Under the pieces are notes generated by a model, which saw only the letters and a list, made by a program, of their open reading frames with translations, did not search any database and was not told the DNA's origin. 64,000 bases of DNA. Source: Candidatus Nanoarchaeia archaeon. Its GTDB lineage: Archaea > Nanobdellota > Nanobdellia > SCGC-AAA011-G17 > JAFCDX01. Shown one piece after another: positions 50,405 through 59,200 of this stretch (position 1 is its first letter; each line of letters opens with the position of its first letter). The position numbers and the translations under genes are program-made. The DNA lies in assembly GCA_041651575.1 (NCBI GenBank), contig JBAZJB010000001.1, forward strand, positions 546,096 through 610,095, written 5' to 3'.

Positions 50405-50950
50405 TTAACTTTTTCCAAAGAAAGCTTTTACCATATCTTTTGCTGGACTTTCGTTTTTTGGTTTTCTAGTGAACATTGCTACAACGACTACAATAGTAAC
50501 TATTAAAATTATCCAAGCTTTATCTTCATCTGTTGGATGGAACCAAGTAGGCATATATATTCCTGCACTTGGTGAAATTGCCCAAATTATTCCAAGAATA
50601 CAAACTATTAAAGCAATTATCATTGCTATTCCACCCCAATCTCCTGCATAATCAGAACCAAACATTCCCAATACTAATAAAAACATTAAAATAACTATTA
50701 TCATCAAAGAAACTTTTGGTAAAAATTGATTAATTAAATAAACTATTTGTGGTTGTGCTATTAACAATGCACCCATTGCAAAAGAAACAACAACATTAAT
50801 ATTTGTTTTTGGATTTTCTTCTTTATCTTTTCCCAAAATTTTTAATTTTTCTAATAAAGCAAAAATAATTGAGAATACTAATAGGAAAGGAAGTAAATAT
50901 TCGTATACTCCCATTGCTTGTAATGATTGAAGTGTTGAAGCTATGCTCAT
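50405..50950 (-). CDS. Membrane protein, paralog 2 of tandem trio
   Basis: LLPFLLVFSIIFALLEKLKILG motif. Confidence 0.75.
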   Translation of the reverse strand: MSIASTLQSLQAMGVYEYLLPFLLVFSIIFALLEKLKILGKDKEENPKTNINVVVSFAMGALLIAQPQIVYLINQFLPKVSLMIIVILMFLLVLGMFGSDYAGDWGGIAMIIALIVCILGIIWAISPSAGIYMPTWFHPTDEDKAWIILIVTIVVVVAMFTRKPKNESPAKDMVKAFFGKS

Positions 50951-50961
50951 TTTTCCTCTTT

Positions 50962-51540
50962 TTAATCTTCTTTTTTATTTGGCTTAAAACCAGTTACATA
51001 TAAGATTGCTCCTATAATAACGGCTAATAAGATTATACTTGAAACTGCTGATCCTCCCCAATTTCCCATAACATAATTATATGCTTGTTCAAGCCAAGAA
51101 CATTCTTGACCAGAAGTACAATAAGGAGATTCACCTAATATTGAAGACATAAATATAATTATAACTCCTGCAAACATCCCTATTGTAAAAATATAATAAA
51201 AGGTTGTATGTTTCTTTTTCAAATCAAATTCATCTGTAGTTGCAAATACTCCAATCATCAATAAGAAACTAATTGAAATCATAACTAATAAAATTATGTT
51301 TGGTAAAGCTAAATTTAATGCAGTTACAACTCTATTGCTTGCAACAACTAATAAAGCAATAACAAAAGCAACCATAGAATCAAGATTTTTCTTTGGTTTC
51401 TTATCTTCTGCACCTAAAATCATAGTTTTTTCTAAAATTGCAAATACAATTGTGAAAACTAATAAGAAAGGTAATAATATATCAAATAAGCCAAATGATT
51501 TAAAAAATTCAATGGCTCCTGCCAAAGGTGAATCTGCCAT
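50962..51540 (-). CDS. Membrane protein, paralog 1 of tandem trio
   Basis: LLPFLLVFTIVFAILEKTMILG motif. Confidence 0.75.
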   Translation of the reverse strand: MADSPLAGAIEFFKSFGLFDILLPFLLVFTIVFAILEKTMILGAEDKKPKKNLDSMVAFVIALLVVASNRVVTALNLALPNIILLVMISISFLLMIGVFATTDEFDLKKKHTTFYYIFTIGMFAGVIIIFMSSILGESPYCTSGQECSWLEQAYNYVMGNWGGSAVSSIILLAVIIGAILYVTGFKPNKKED

Positions 51541-51624
51541 ACATTTTTATAGGATATATTATTTATAAAGCTTATTGTTTAATAATATAAAGAAAAAAAT
51601 AATATTTTAAGAAAAAATTAAAAT

Positions 51625-51915
51625 TTAATCCAAATCTTCTTTTATTTCAGAATTTCCGCCGTCTTCCATCGATGGAATTGCTGTTTTTGAAATTATCATT
51701 ACTTGATCTATTGCTTTAACAAGTGGATGTGGAACTATAACTCCTTTTGCACCACCAAGCATTTTAGTCAATAATGAACCTTTTGTTGCTCTTACACGCC
51801 AACCAGCAATTTTATTTCCTTGTAAAATTGATTCTTCTACAACTCCAAAGAAAGAACCTTCATCAGTGTAAACTCCCATTTCAAAAAGTTCTGTTACGTT
51901 TCTGACTCTTAACAT
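51625..51915 (-). CDS. PRC-barrel protein (CdpB-like, candidate cell-division factor)
   Basis: VYTDEG..G.V, IVP..VKAI..VMII; GGAGGA Shine-Dalgarno before MLRV. Confidence 0.85.
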   Translation of the reverse strand: MLRVRNVTELFEMGVYTDEGSFFGVVEESILQGNKIAGWRVRATKGSLLTKMLGGAKGVIVPHPLVKAIDQVMIISKTAIPSMEDGGNSEIKEDLD

Positions 51916-51991
51916 TTTATTCCTCCTTATTAATCCTTTATGAGTGGATACTAATGGCAAACTTTTTAAGTTTATATAATTTTCCTTTTTA

Positions 51992-52672
51992 ATGATAACT
52001 TACAAAAATCTGACTTTAATTGGTACTTCACATATTGCTATACAAAGTGTAAACCAAGTTAGAACTTTAATTCAAGAAGAAAAACCAGAGATTGTAGCTT
52101 TAGAACTAGATAAACCTAGATTTGAAGCTTTAATGTCAAGAAAAAAATATAAATTAAGATTAAGAGATATTAACAGATTTGGATTAAAAGGATTCTTATT
52201 TAATTTTTTTGGAGCACTTGCAGAAAAAAAACTTGGAAATTTAGTTGGAAGCAAACCTGGAACTGAAATGAGGGTAGCTACAGAAGAAGCAAGAGCAATA
52301 AATGCAAAAATTGCTTTAATAGACCAAGATATCTCTATTACTTTAAGAAGATTATCTCAAAAATTAACTTGGAAAGAAAAATTTAGATTTATAATAGATA
52401 TTATAAAAAGTTTATTTGTTAAAGAGAGGATAAATTTTGATTTAAAAAAAGTTCCAAGTCAAAAAATTATAGATAAATTAACAAAAACAGTTAAAAAAAG
52501 ATATCCAAATTTCTATTTAGTTCTTGTAGATGAAAGAAATAAGTACATGGCAAAAAATTTATATAATCTAATGCAACAAGATAATAAGATAATTGCGGTT
52601 GTTGGTGCAGGTCACGAACAAGAAATAATTAGTGAAATTAAAAAATGGGAATATTTAGTAAAAAAGAGGTAA
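51992..52672 (+). CDS. TraB/GumN family protein
   Basis: IGTSH, VALELD, PGTEM, LID, ERNKYM, AVVGAGH. Confidence 0.93.
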   Translation: MITYKNLTLIGTSHIAIQSVNQVRTLIQEEKPEIVALELDKPRFEALMSRKKYKLRLRDINRFGLKGFLFNFFGALAEKKLGNLVGSKPGTEMRVATEEARAINAKIALIDQDISITLRRLSQKLTWKEKFRFIIDIIKSLFVKERINFDLKKVPSQKIIDKLTKTVKKRYPNFYLVLVDERNKYMAKNLYNLMQQDNKIIAVVGAGHEQEIISEIKKWEYLVKKR

Positions 52673-53406
52673 ATAAATTAATTATTGCTATTCTTATATT
52701 AAGTTTTATTTTTGGTTATAATGATAAAGCTACAGCTTTTAATTGGAATCATTGGTTAACAAATTTCTTTTTGGTTTTAATTGTTGTTTGTTTTTCATTT
52801 TTATTACATCAAATAGTTCAAAAATTAGTTGCAAAAAAATATGGATGTCAAACTGAATTTGATTTATGGAAAATAAAAAGATATGGATATAGAGCAAAAG
52901 ATAAATTTCCAAAAAAGTTTGGACCTTGGACAATTAGCGGACTTCCAATATATCTCTTCTCTATTTTTATTACTTTAATTTCAAATGGATTATGGTTTTT
53001 TGCTGTAGTAGGAACTACGATTATAGAAGCAAATGAATCAAAAAGAATAGGAAAGGTTTTTCCAAAAATAACTGGAATTGAAAAAGCAATTGTAATGTTT
53101 TCTGGAGCATTAGTAAATTTACTTTTGGTTTTAATATTTTCAAATTTAGCGACTTGGACTGGAATAAATTTTGACTTATTTATTATAATAAATCTGTGGA
53201 TATGTGTTTTTAGTTTAGTTCCTTTACCAGGACTAGAAGGTTTAGAAATTTTATTTGGTTCTTTACCATTTTATATTTTTAGTATTGCTTTTTTTGCATT
53301 TTCTTTAGCTTTAGTTCAAGTGAATTTTATTTTAGCAACAGTAACTACAATATTAATTTCATTTGCAATAATGATGTTTTACATTTATATTTATGAAAAG
53401 AAGTGA
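52645..53406 (+). CDS. M50 site-2-protease-like membrane protein, degenerate active site
   Basis: LLHQIVQK at HExxH position, SGALVN, SLVPLPGLEG at NxxPxxxLDG position. Confidence 0.7.
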   Translation: MGIFSKKEVNKLIIAILILSFIFGYNDKATAFNWNHWLTNFFLVLIVVCFSFLLHQIVQKLVAKKYGCQTEFDLWKIKRYGYRAKDKFPKKFGPWTISGLPIYLFSIFITLISNGLWFFAVVGTTIIEANESKRIGKVFPKITGIEKAIVMFSGALVNLLLVLIFSNLATWTGINFDLFIIINLWICVFSLVPLPGLEGLEILFGSLPFYIFSIAFFAFSLALVQVNFILATVTTILISFAIMMFYIYIYEKK

Positions 53407-53648
53407 TAAATATGGGATTAAAAGGATTAACAGAAGATAAGTTCGATGATTGGGCAAAACAAAAAATTGCAGAACATGCCGGACATGGATATTTAGCATA
53501 TTGTTGGGATGCTATAGAAATAAGGGGTGAAATAAAATTATATTATGCTCTCTTTAAAATATGTGGAGATGGGAATAGGAACGGAACTTTAATTACTTAT
53601 TTAAGACCAAAACCTCCAGAAGAGACACAACAAAAGAAAGATATATAA
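53403..53648 (+). CDS. Hypothetical protein
   Basis: Short ORF adjoining the previous gene. Confidence 0.55.
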   Translation: MINMGLKGLTEDKFDDWAKQKIAEHAGHGYLAYCWDAIEIRGEIKLYYALFKICGDGNRNGTLITYLRPKPPEETQQKKDI

Positions 53649-53670
53649 ACAACCATATAAAGAATTTTTT

Positions 53671-54054
53671 ATGATAACTCTTCACAAAACCGGCGGATTT
53701 AATGCAATAGAAGAAAATAAAGTAATTAAATTTTTAAATGTAACAAAGAGTTTAGAAGAGCATTTTAAAGAGGATCCTCATTATATACAAGAACAATTTA
53801 AATCATTTGAACCACACCTCTTAGGAAAACTTTCTAGAACTTATAGAGATATGATAACTTTAAATGAAGATATTAGAAACTTAAATCAATATTCTGAAAA
53901 TTATAAAAAGAAATCTAAAAAATTAGTAGATTTACATTCAGAATTTATGGGTTTACTTTTAATGTATAAAAAAATTTGTCCTTCTGAAGAAAATAATTCT
54001 AAAGAAATTATTGATGATTATATGAAAAGAGATTGGCTTCTTAAAAAAAACTGA
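53671..54054 (+). CDS. Hypothetical protein
   Basis: 127-aa helical ORF. Confidence 0.6.
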   Translation: MITLHKTGGFNAIEENKVIKFLNVTKSLEEHFKEDPHYIQEQFKSFEPHLLGKLSRTYRDMITLNEDIRNLNQYSENYKKKSKKLVDLHSEFMGLLLMYKKICPSEENNSKEIIDDYMKRDWLLKKN

Positions 54055-54076
54055 ATTAAAAAGGTTTAAATAATAA

Positions 54077-54090
54077 TGTTCGTATAAGAA
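54077..54090 (+). promoter_or_regulatory. dif-like half-site between the xerA TATA box and start codon
   Basis: tgttcgtataagaa is the exact reverse complement of 56907-56920. Confidence 0.6.
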
Positions 54091-54093
54091 TAT

Positions 54094-54927
54094 ATGGATA
54101 AAAAAGCGGTTTTGGAAAAAATCAATACCGAATTACAAATTCAGGGGAAATCAAAACAAACACAAAAAGCTTATTGCTTCTATAATGAAATGTTTCTTAA
54201 TTTTATAAAAAAAGATTGTTCTAAAATCACCGAAGACGACGTGAAAAAATTCTTAGCATATTTATTATCAGAAAAAAATTATGATTGTTCTTCTGCTGCA
54301 TTGGCAAAAGCTTCTTTGAAATTTTTTTATGATGGATTATTAAAGAAAAAAATAATGGATGATATAAAAACTCCAAAAAAAGTAAGAAAATTGCCAGATG
54401 TTTTAACTAAAGAAGAAATAAAAGTTCTAATAAATAATTCAAAAACCTTAAGAAACAAATTAATGATCGAAATTATGTATTCTTCTGGATTAAGAGTAAG
54501 TGAATGTTCTAAGATAAGAATGGCAGATATTAATATTGAAGATAAAACTGGATTATTAAAATCTGGAAAAGGTGGAAAAGATAGATTTTTTATTTTATCT
54601 GAAACACTAATAAAAGATTTAAAAGAATATATGAAAGAAGAGCCAAATTTAACTTATATTTTTTATGGAAAAAATAGGGATGAACCTATAAGCGTTAGGG
54701 CAATTCAAAGAGTTGTAAGTAGAGTTGCAAAAAGATCTGGAATAAAAAAACATGTTTATTGTCATTTACTTAGACATGCTTTTGCTACACATTTGCTAGA
54801 GTATGGAGTAGATATCAGATTAATTCAAGAATTATTAGCTCACACTAATTTACAAACAACACAATTCTATACCAAAGTCAGTAAAACCCAATTAAAGAAG
54901 GTTAAAAGCCCTTTAGATACTTTATAA
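54094..54927 (+). CDS. xerA: Tyrosine recombinase XerA-like
   Basis: SGLRVSE, GKGGKDR, HLLRHAFATH, LLAH..LQTTQFY catalytic residues; N-terminal core-binding domain. Confidence 0.92.
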   Translation: MDKKAVLEKINTELQIQGKSKQTQKAYCFYNEMFLNFIKKDCSKITEDDVKKFLAYLLSEKNYDCSSAALAKASLKFFYDGLLKKKIMDDIKTPKKVRKLPDVLTKEEIKVLINNSKTLRNKLMIEIMYSSGLRVSECSKIRMADINIEDKTGLLKSGKGGKDRFFILSETLIKDLKEYMKEEPNLTYIFYGKNRDEPISVRAIQRVVSRVAKRSGIKKHVYCHLLRHAFATHLLEYGVDIRLIQELLAHTNLQTTQFYTKVSKTQLKKVKSPLDTL

Positions 54928-54988
54928 GTAATTACTATTAAGTGATTAAAATAGAAAGGTTTATAAATAATATTTGAATAGCTAAGTT

Positions 54989-55792
54989 ATGACATCAATC
55001 GAAGAATTAGGGGATAAGTTAGTCTTGAATCCAGAAGAAGCATTAGAAAGATCTCCTGGAATTTTTGCAATATATAATGCTTTAAGGAAAAAAAGTTCTG
55101 AAACTGCGGTTTCTGTAGAAAAAGGTTTATTTAAAAAAACAAAAGTAAGGGCATTTGAAAAAACACTTTATGAATTTTTAAGTTTAGAATTATGGCATAA
55201 TGTGCTTAAAAATTATTCTGAAACAAATAATCTTAAATTCAGAGCCCCTGAACCAAAATTTATAATTGAAGAGGATATAAATTATCAACCAATACATAGT
55301 TTGATAATGGAATATATCGAAGGTTATGAAGTTAGTTTATTATTAAAAAGAAAAATTCCTTTAAAATCAAATGGAGATAATCCTTCAGTCAAACTTTATC
55401 CTGCATGTGCTCTTCATTTAGGGGCATTAAACAGAATTAAAGAAATGGAAGGATTTTTACATTCAGATTACGATGAAAGACATATAAAATTTATTCCTTT
55501 TAAAGATGTTGCTATGGCAATAGTAGATTTAGAAAATTCTATAAATGATAGTTCAGAAATGGTAAAGGTAGAATCAAATAAAATATATGAAAATTTTATA
55601 AAAAAGACCAATGTTCCAAATAAAGAAAAACAGAATTTAAGAAATAAATATGAACAAGGTTTTGAAAGTATAAGAACACCTATAGATGGAATTCAATTTT
55701 TTAAAGAACTAGAAGCTATTAATAAAAAATATGGAATAAAATTAGATCCAATAAATGGATATATTAATGAAATTAGAGTTAATATAAAATAA
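54989..55792 (+). CDS. Protein-kinase-like fold protein (atypical)
   Basis: APEP, LIMEYIEG hinge, LHSDYDERHI catalytic loop, IVDLE. Confidence 0.6.
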   Translation: MTSIEELGDKLVLNPEEALERSPGIFAIYNALRKKSSETAVSVEKGLFKKTKVRAFEKTLYEFLSLELWHNVLKNYSETNNLKFRAPEPKFIIEEDINYQPIHSLIMEYIEGYEVSLLLKRKIPLKSNGDNPSVKLYPACALHLGALNRIKEMEGFLHSDYDERHIKFIPFKDVAMAIVDLENSINDSSEMVKVESNKIYENFIKKTNVPNKEKQNLRNKYEQGFESIRTPIDGIQFFKELEAINKKYGIKLDPINGYINEIRVNIK

Positions 55793-55808
55793 AAAAAGAG
55801 AAAAGAAT

Positions 55809-55928
55809 TTATCTTTTCTTTTTTCCTCCACGAGCCATTTGAGCTTCGCAGACGTTACCTTTACCATCTACATAGTAAAGAAAACCTTTTTTTCTTTGAA
55901 CTACATTTTTTACTAAAATTTTTCCCAT
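55809..55928 (-). CDS. 39-aa basic protein, not in ORF track
   Basis: MGKILVKNVVQRKKGFLYYVDGKGNVCEAQMARGGKKKR; GAGGTGA Shine-Dalgarno; T-rich tract after the stop. Confidence 0.8.
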   Translation of the reverse strand: MGKILVKNVVQRKKGFLYYVDGKGNVCEAQMARGGKKKR

Positions 55929-56090
55929 TTATTTTCACCTCACATAATTTTTTTATTAATTATTACATTTAATCTGATTAGTTTATTTATAAATCTTTTT
56001 ATATCGACGGTAAATTTAGATTTTCCGAAGAAAAGTTTAGAAATTTTATTTTATTAAAAGTTTTAAGTAATGCTTAAAATATCTAAGCTG

Positions 56091-56132
56091 TATTGCGCTT
56101 AAAAGCTTTAAGAATTGATTAAAGGTTTTGTT
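56091..56132. repeat. 42-bp intergenic repeat, copy A
   Basis: 37/42 identical to 62234-62275; partial extra copy at 56054-56078. Confidence 0.8.
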
Positions 56133-56155
56133 CTATCTCAAAAGAAATATCTTTT

Positions 56156-56644
56156 TTATTTTTCAAAGTCTACAATAATTTCTAAATCTTTAAATTCTAA
56201 TTTTTTAGCTTCATCGTCGGAAAAATATAGATGATAAGCATTTAAATCTCCATCGTGATATAATAAAAAGAAGGTTTTGTTCTGATAATATAATCTTTCA
56301 GATAAATGTTCAAAAGCATCTTCTCCTCTTTCAAAATAAGATATAAGTGGAAGTTTTTCTTCGATAGAAGATCCATTATTTGCAACTACATAAACTTCAA
56401 GTTCTATAACTCTACAATCTTTTAAATCTTTAAATCTTGCATTTAATGTACTTTGGGTTATTGGAATATGCTCTTCTTTTAGCAATTTGGCTCTTTTTCC
56501 GAAGATAATCCTATATTCTTTATTGCATAACCAGGCATACGGATTAATTAAAAAACTATTATTATAATAAAATTTTTCTTCAAAAATACCATATTTCAAT
56601 AAATTTTTTTTAATCTTTCTTTGTTTTTCTTCTAAAGTTTCCAT
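56156..56644 (-). CDS. Hypothetical protein
   Basis: 162-aa ORF. Confidence 0.6.
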   Translation of the reverse strand: METLEEKQRKIKKNLLKYGIFEEKFYYNNSFLINPYAWLCNKEYRIIFGKRAKLLKEEHIPITQSTLNARFKDLKDCRVIELEVYVVANNGSSIEEKLPLISYFERGEDAFEHLSERLYYQNKTFFLLYHDGDLNAYHLYFSDDEAKKLEFKDLEIIVDFEK

Positions 56645-56744
56645 ATTTTTGCAGAATAAACTTAATATTTAAGCATAGTTGTCTAAAAACATATAAATTA
56701 AGGAGAATAAATAAATTTATAAATCGATTTTGCATTAATTTTAT

Positions 56745-56876
56745 ATGCCTACAAAAGAAAAATTGCTAAAAATAATGTGCAATTATTGTAATTGGTATAT
56801 TAAAACCCTTGGAAATGCACCAGGTTATCCTACACTGATTATATTTGCTTTGGTTTTATTATTAGGTTCTAATTAA
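56745..56876 (+). CDS. Possible 43-aa protein with hydrophobic C-terminus, not in ORF track
   Basis: MPTKEKLLKIMCNYCNWY...LIIFALVLLLGSN; TTTATAAA about 25 nt upstream. Confidence 0.4.
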   Translation: MPTKEKLLKIMCNYCNWYIKTLGNAPGYPTLIIFALVLLLGSN

Positions 56877-56892
56877 ATTCTCGTCGATAATT

Positions 56893-56920
56893 ACTTCATT
56901 TAATCGTTCTTATACGAACA
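56893..56920. other. dif-like recombination site 1
   Basis: acttcatttaa-tcgttc-ttatacgaaca (11-6-11). Confidence 0.72.
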
Positions 56921-56955
56921 GAAAGAGATATAAGTTTCTTTTATTTGAATAATTT

Positions 56956-57423
56956 ATGAAAAAGGTGTTGATTATTCTCTTAGTATTATTAATAAGTTTT
57001 GTTTTAATTTGGGGTTGTACTAAACAACAAGTTAATTGCTGTAAATATGGTTTAGGTTGCCCTGAAAAAGAAATTGATAAAATAGTAAAAAACCAAGATA
57101 TAAACTCTTGTAAAAATATAAAACCCGAAGCAATAGGAAATCCTTATTATGGTAATTACTGTGAAGCAGAGTGTATTTCCCACATAGCTTCTTTAAAAGA
57201 GGATCCAACTCTTTGTGAATTAATTCTAGTTAAAAATATATCTGAGGTAAAAGGATGGGAAAACCCTTGGGAAACTGGATCTATTAAAGATTATTGTTAT
57301 AAAGAATTGGCTTTAAAATTAAATGATTCTTCTTTATGTAAAAAGGTTATAGCTTCTCCTCAAAAAGAAATGTGTTATACTCATTTAGGATTATCCCCAA
57401 CAATAGAAATTAATAAAGAATAA
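56956..57423 (+). CDS. Cys-rich putative lipoprotein
   Basis: Signal ending in GC; repeated DxxLCxxI...(D/E)xCY units. Confidence 0.75.
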   Translation: MKKVLIILLVLLISFVLIWGCTKQQVNCCKYGLGCPEKEIDKIVKNQDINSCKNIKPEAIGNPYYGNYCEAECISHIASLKEDPTLCELILVKNISEVKGWENPWETGSIKDYCYKELALKLNDSSLCKKVIASPQKEMCYTHLGLSPTIEINKE

Positions 57424-57431
57424 TTATCATA

Positions 57432-57459
57432 TGTTCGTTTAAGCTTCGTTATATGGATA
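57432..57459. other. dif-like recombination site 2
   Basis: tgttcgtttaa-gcttcg-ttatatggata (11-6-11). Confidence 0.72.
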
Positions 57460-57490
57460 GTTTTATTAATTCTCTCGTATTCTGTCAAGT

Positions 57491-57697
57491 ATGCCTAAGA
57501 GAACTGATGAATTTACAAAAAAGCTTGAAGAAGCCTTAGGTGATCCTGCTTTTGAAGTAATTATAGATTTTAAGAATAATCCTCACCATAAAGATGTTGT
57601 AAATTTCTTAAAAGAACTTGCTGAATATGAAAAAGCCGATAAAGATATTCATTTTGTAGTTAAATATCAACATAAACCAACATATGATTCTGCGTAA
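57491..57697 (+). CDS. Hypothetical protein
   Basis: 68-aa ORF just after dif-like site 2. Confidence 0.6.
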   Translation: MPKRTDEFTKKLEEALGDPAFEVIIDFKNNPHHKDVVNFLKELAEYEKADKDIHFVVKYQHKPTYDSA

Positions 57698-57728
57698 GAT
57701 TTATTAATTCTTTAATTTTATTATAAAT

Positions 57729-58079
57729 ATGATATCCTGGCTAATTTTAGGTGTTTTAATATTAGTGGGTATAATAGCGATAAGTTTAATAGTTTATAGA
57801 AAGAGAAAAGGTCTAAAGCAAGAAACAGACTATAAAGCCTTCTTTATTTTAGGTATTTTTTGGATAATTGTGGGTATTATCCCAGGCAATTTATCCTTTT
57901 TAATAATGGGTATTGCTTTTATGGTAATTGGATTAGTTAATAAAAAGAAATGGAAGAAATACAAACCTTGGAATAAATTAAGCAAAGCAGAAAGGCAATA
58001 TAGGAAAGTAGTGATGATTATTGTAGGTTTATTGATATTAAGTTGCTTAGTTCTAGTTATTTTGAATTTGTTAAAGTAG
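57729..58079 (+). CDS. Small membrane protein
   Basis: 4 TMs; ETDY.AFFILG, GLVNKKKW. Confidence 0.75.
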   Translation: MISWLILGVLILVGIIAISLIVYRKRKGLKQETDYKAFFILGIFWIIVGIIPGNLSFLIMGIAFMVIGLVNKKKWKKYKPWNKLSKAERQYRKVVMIIVGLLILSCLVLVILNLLK

Positions 58080-58514
58080 TTATGCTATTTCTTTAAGTTT
58101 CTTTTGTATCTGGGCTTTAATTTCTTGTCCATATTTGTCAGTATGCAACATTTTATGATGATTAGGACATAATCCTATTAAATTATTAGGATCTTTATTC
58201 TTATGATTTTCATCTAAGTGATGTAAGTCAACTACTTTATCAAAACCACAAACTAAACACTTTTTAGTTTTTTCTCTGTATAGTTCTAATGAAATTTCAT
58301 GCCATTTGTTATAATTATATCTTTTAACATTATCATAATGATGTAATTTGATATGGCAAGTACCACAAAGGCCAAATGCTTTATGTTTTAATTTTCTTCC
58401 ACAATTTTTACAAATGATTAGATTTGGGGCAAGAGTTTTTCTATAGCAATTAAAACACATCTTTTTTGCATGATGTTCTTTTTCCTTTCCACAAGATTTA
58501 CATTTAACTAACAT
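58080..58514 (-). CDS. Zn-finger repeat plus HNH-like nuclease domain protein
   Basis: Two CxxC..H.A..CxxC units; CLVCG, DLHHLD.NH.N...NLI.LCPNHH..LH. Confidence 0.82.
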   Translation of the reverse strand: MLVKCKSCGKEKEHHAKKMCFNCYRKTLAPNLIICKNCGRKLKHKAFGLCGTCHIKLHHYDNVKRYNYNKWHEISLELYREKTKKCLVCGFDKVVDLHHLDENHKNKDPNNLIGLCPNHHKMLHTDKYGQEIKAQIQKKLKEIA

Positions 58515-58588
58515 ACTCTATTAATGATATTTATATATTAAAACTTTTAGAATCACTACGAAGTGTACGTATTTATTTTTTAAACGTA

Positions 58589-58616
58589 GCGTCTTATAAT
58601 GAATATTATATGAACA
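58589..58616. other. dif-like recombination site 3
   Basis: gcgtcttataa-tgaata-ttatatgaaca (11-6-11, TATAA-N6-TTATA core). Confidence 0.75.
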
Positions 58617-58693
58617 CTATGCTTCAGATGCCTTTAGAAGGGGTTATTTATGGTAAAAAGGTAGGTATTTCACAATAAATTTCCTATTTTCTT

Positions 58694-59176
58694 TCATTTT
58701 TTAAAACTTTTAATATAAAACCAAATACAATAAGGGATAGTATAAACTATTCCAAAAATAATAATGAATAATATTAAACAGAGGATTAAAAAAATAACAT
58801 TCATTATATCCGGTAATCCAGCAGTTGCAACAAATTTCAGGGTGGGAGGAATATAAAAAATAATTCCATAAAAAGAGAGTAAAGCGGTTATGATACTATA
58901 AATAAATGTTCCTAAAGCAAACCATTTAGGAAAAAACATCTTTTCTTTCTTTTTAGGATTAATACTTCCTTTAATATAAAATATTACAAAGTATATTATA
59001 ATAAATAAAAAAATGAAATCTAGGATAGGTTTGATTACTACAGCCCAAGAATTTGATTTATCTAAATATAAAAACCGAAATGCATAAGAAATGATACTTA
59101 TTAAAGCAAAAATTAAAGTTATCCAAGCTAACCATTTAGGAACTTTTGGGAATTTAAATTTCTTCTTTGTAGTCAT
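58694..59176 (-). CDS. Membrane protein with internal duplication
   Basis: 4 TMs; repeated PKW(L/F)A...YIK. Confidence 0.65.
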   Translation of the reverse strand: MTTKKKFKFPKVPKWLAWITLIFALISIISYAFRFLYLDKSNSWAVVIKPILDFIFLFIIIYFVIFYIKGSINPKKKEKMFFPKWFALGTFIYSIITALLSFYGIIFYIPPTLKFVATAGLPDIMNVIFLILCLILFIIIFGIVYTIPYCIWFYIKSFKK

Positions 59177-59200
59177 TTTAACAATAAAGTAACCTTCTTT

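Noticed and set aside
53650..53677. Possible further dif-like site (caaccatataa-agaatt-ttttatgataa)
   Set aside because: Right arm lacks the inner TTA and there is no TGTTC arm; more likely promoter sequence.
54094..58700. Classical integron (IntI plus attC)
   Set aside because: The recombinase lacks an obvious IntI-specific insertion and I see no attC-type long hairpins with GTTRRRY ends; the sites are 28-bp dif-like instead.
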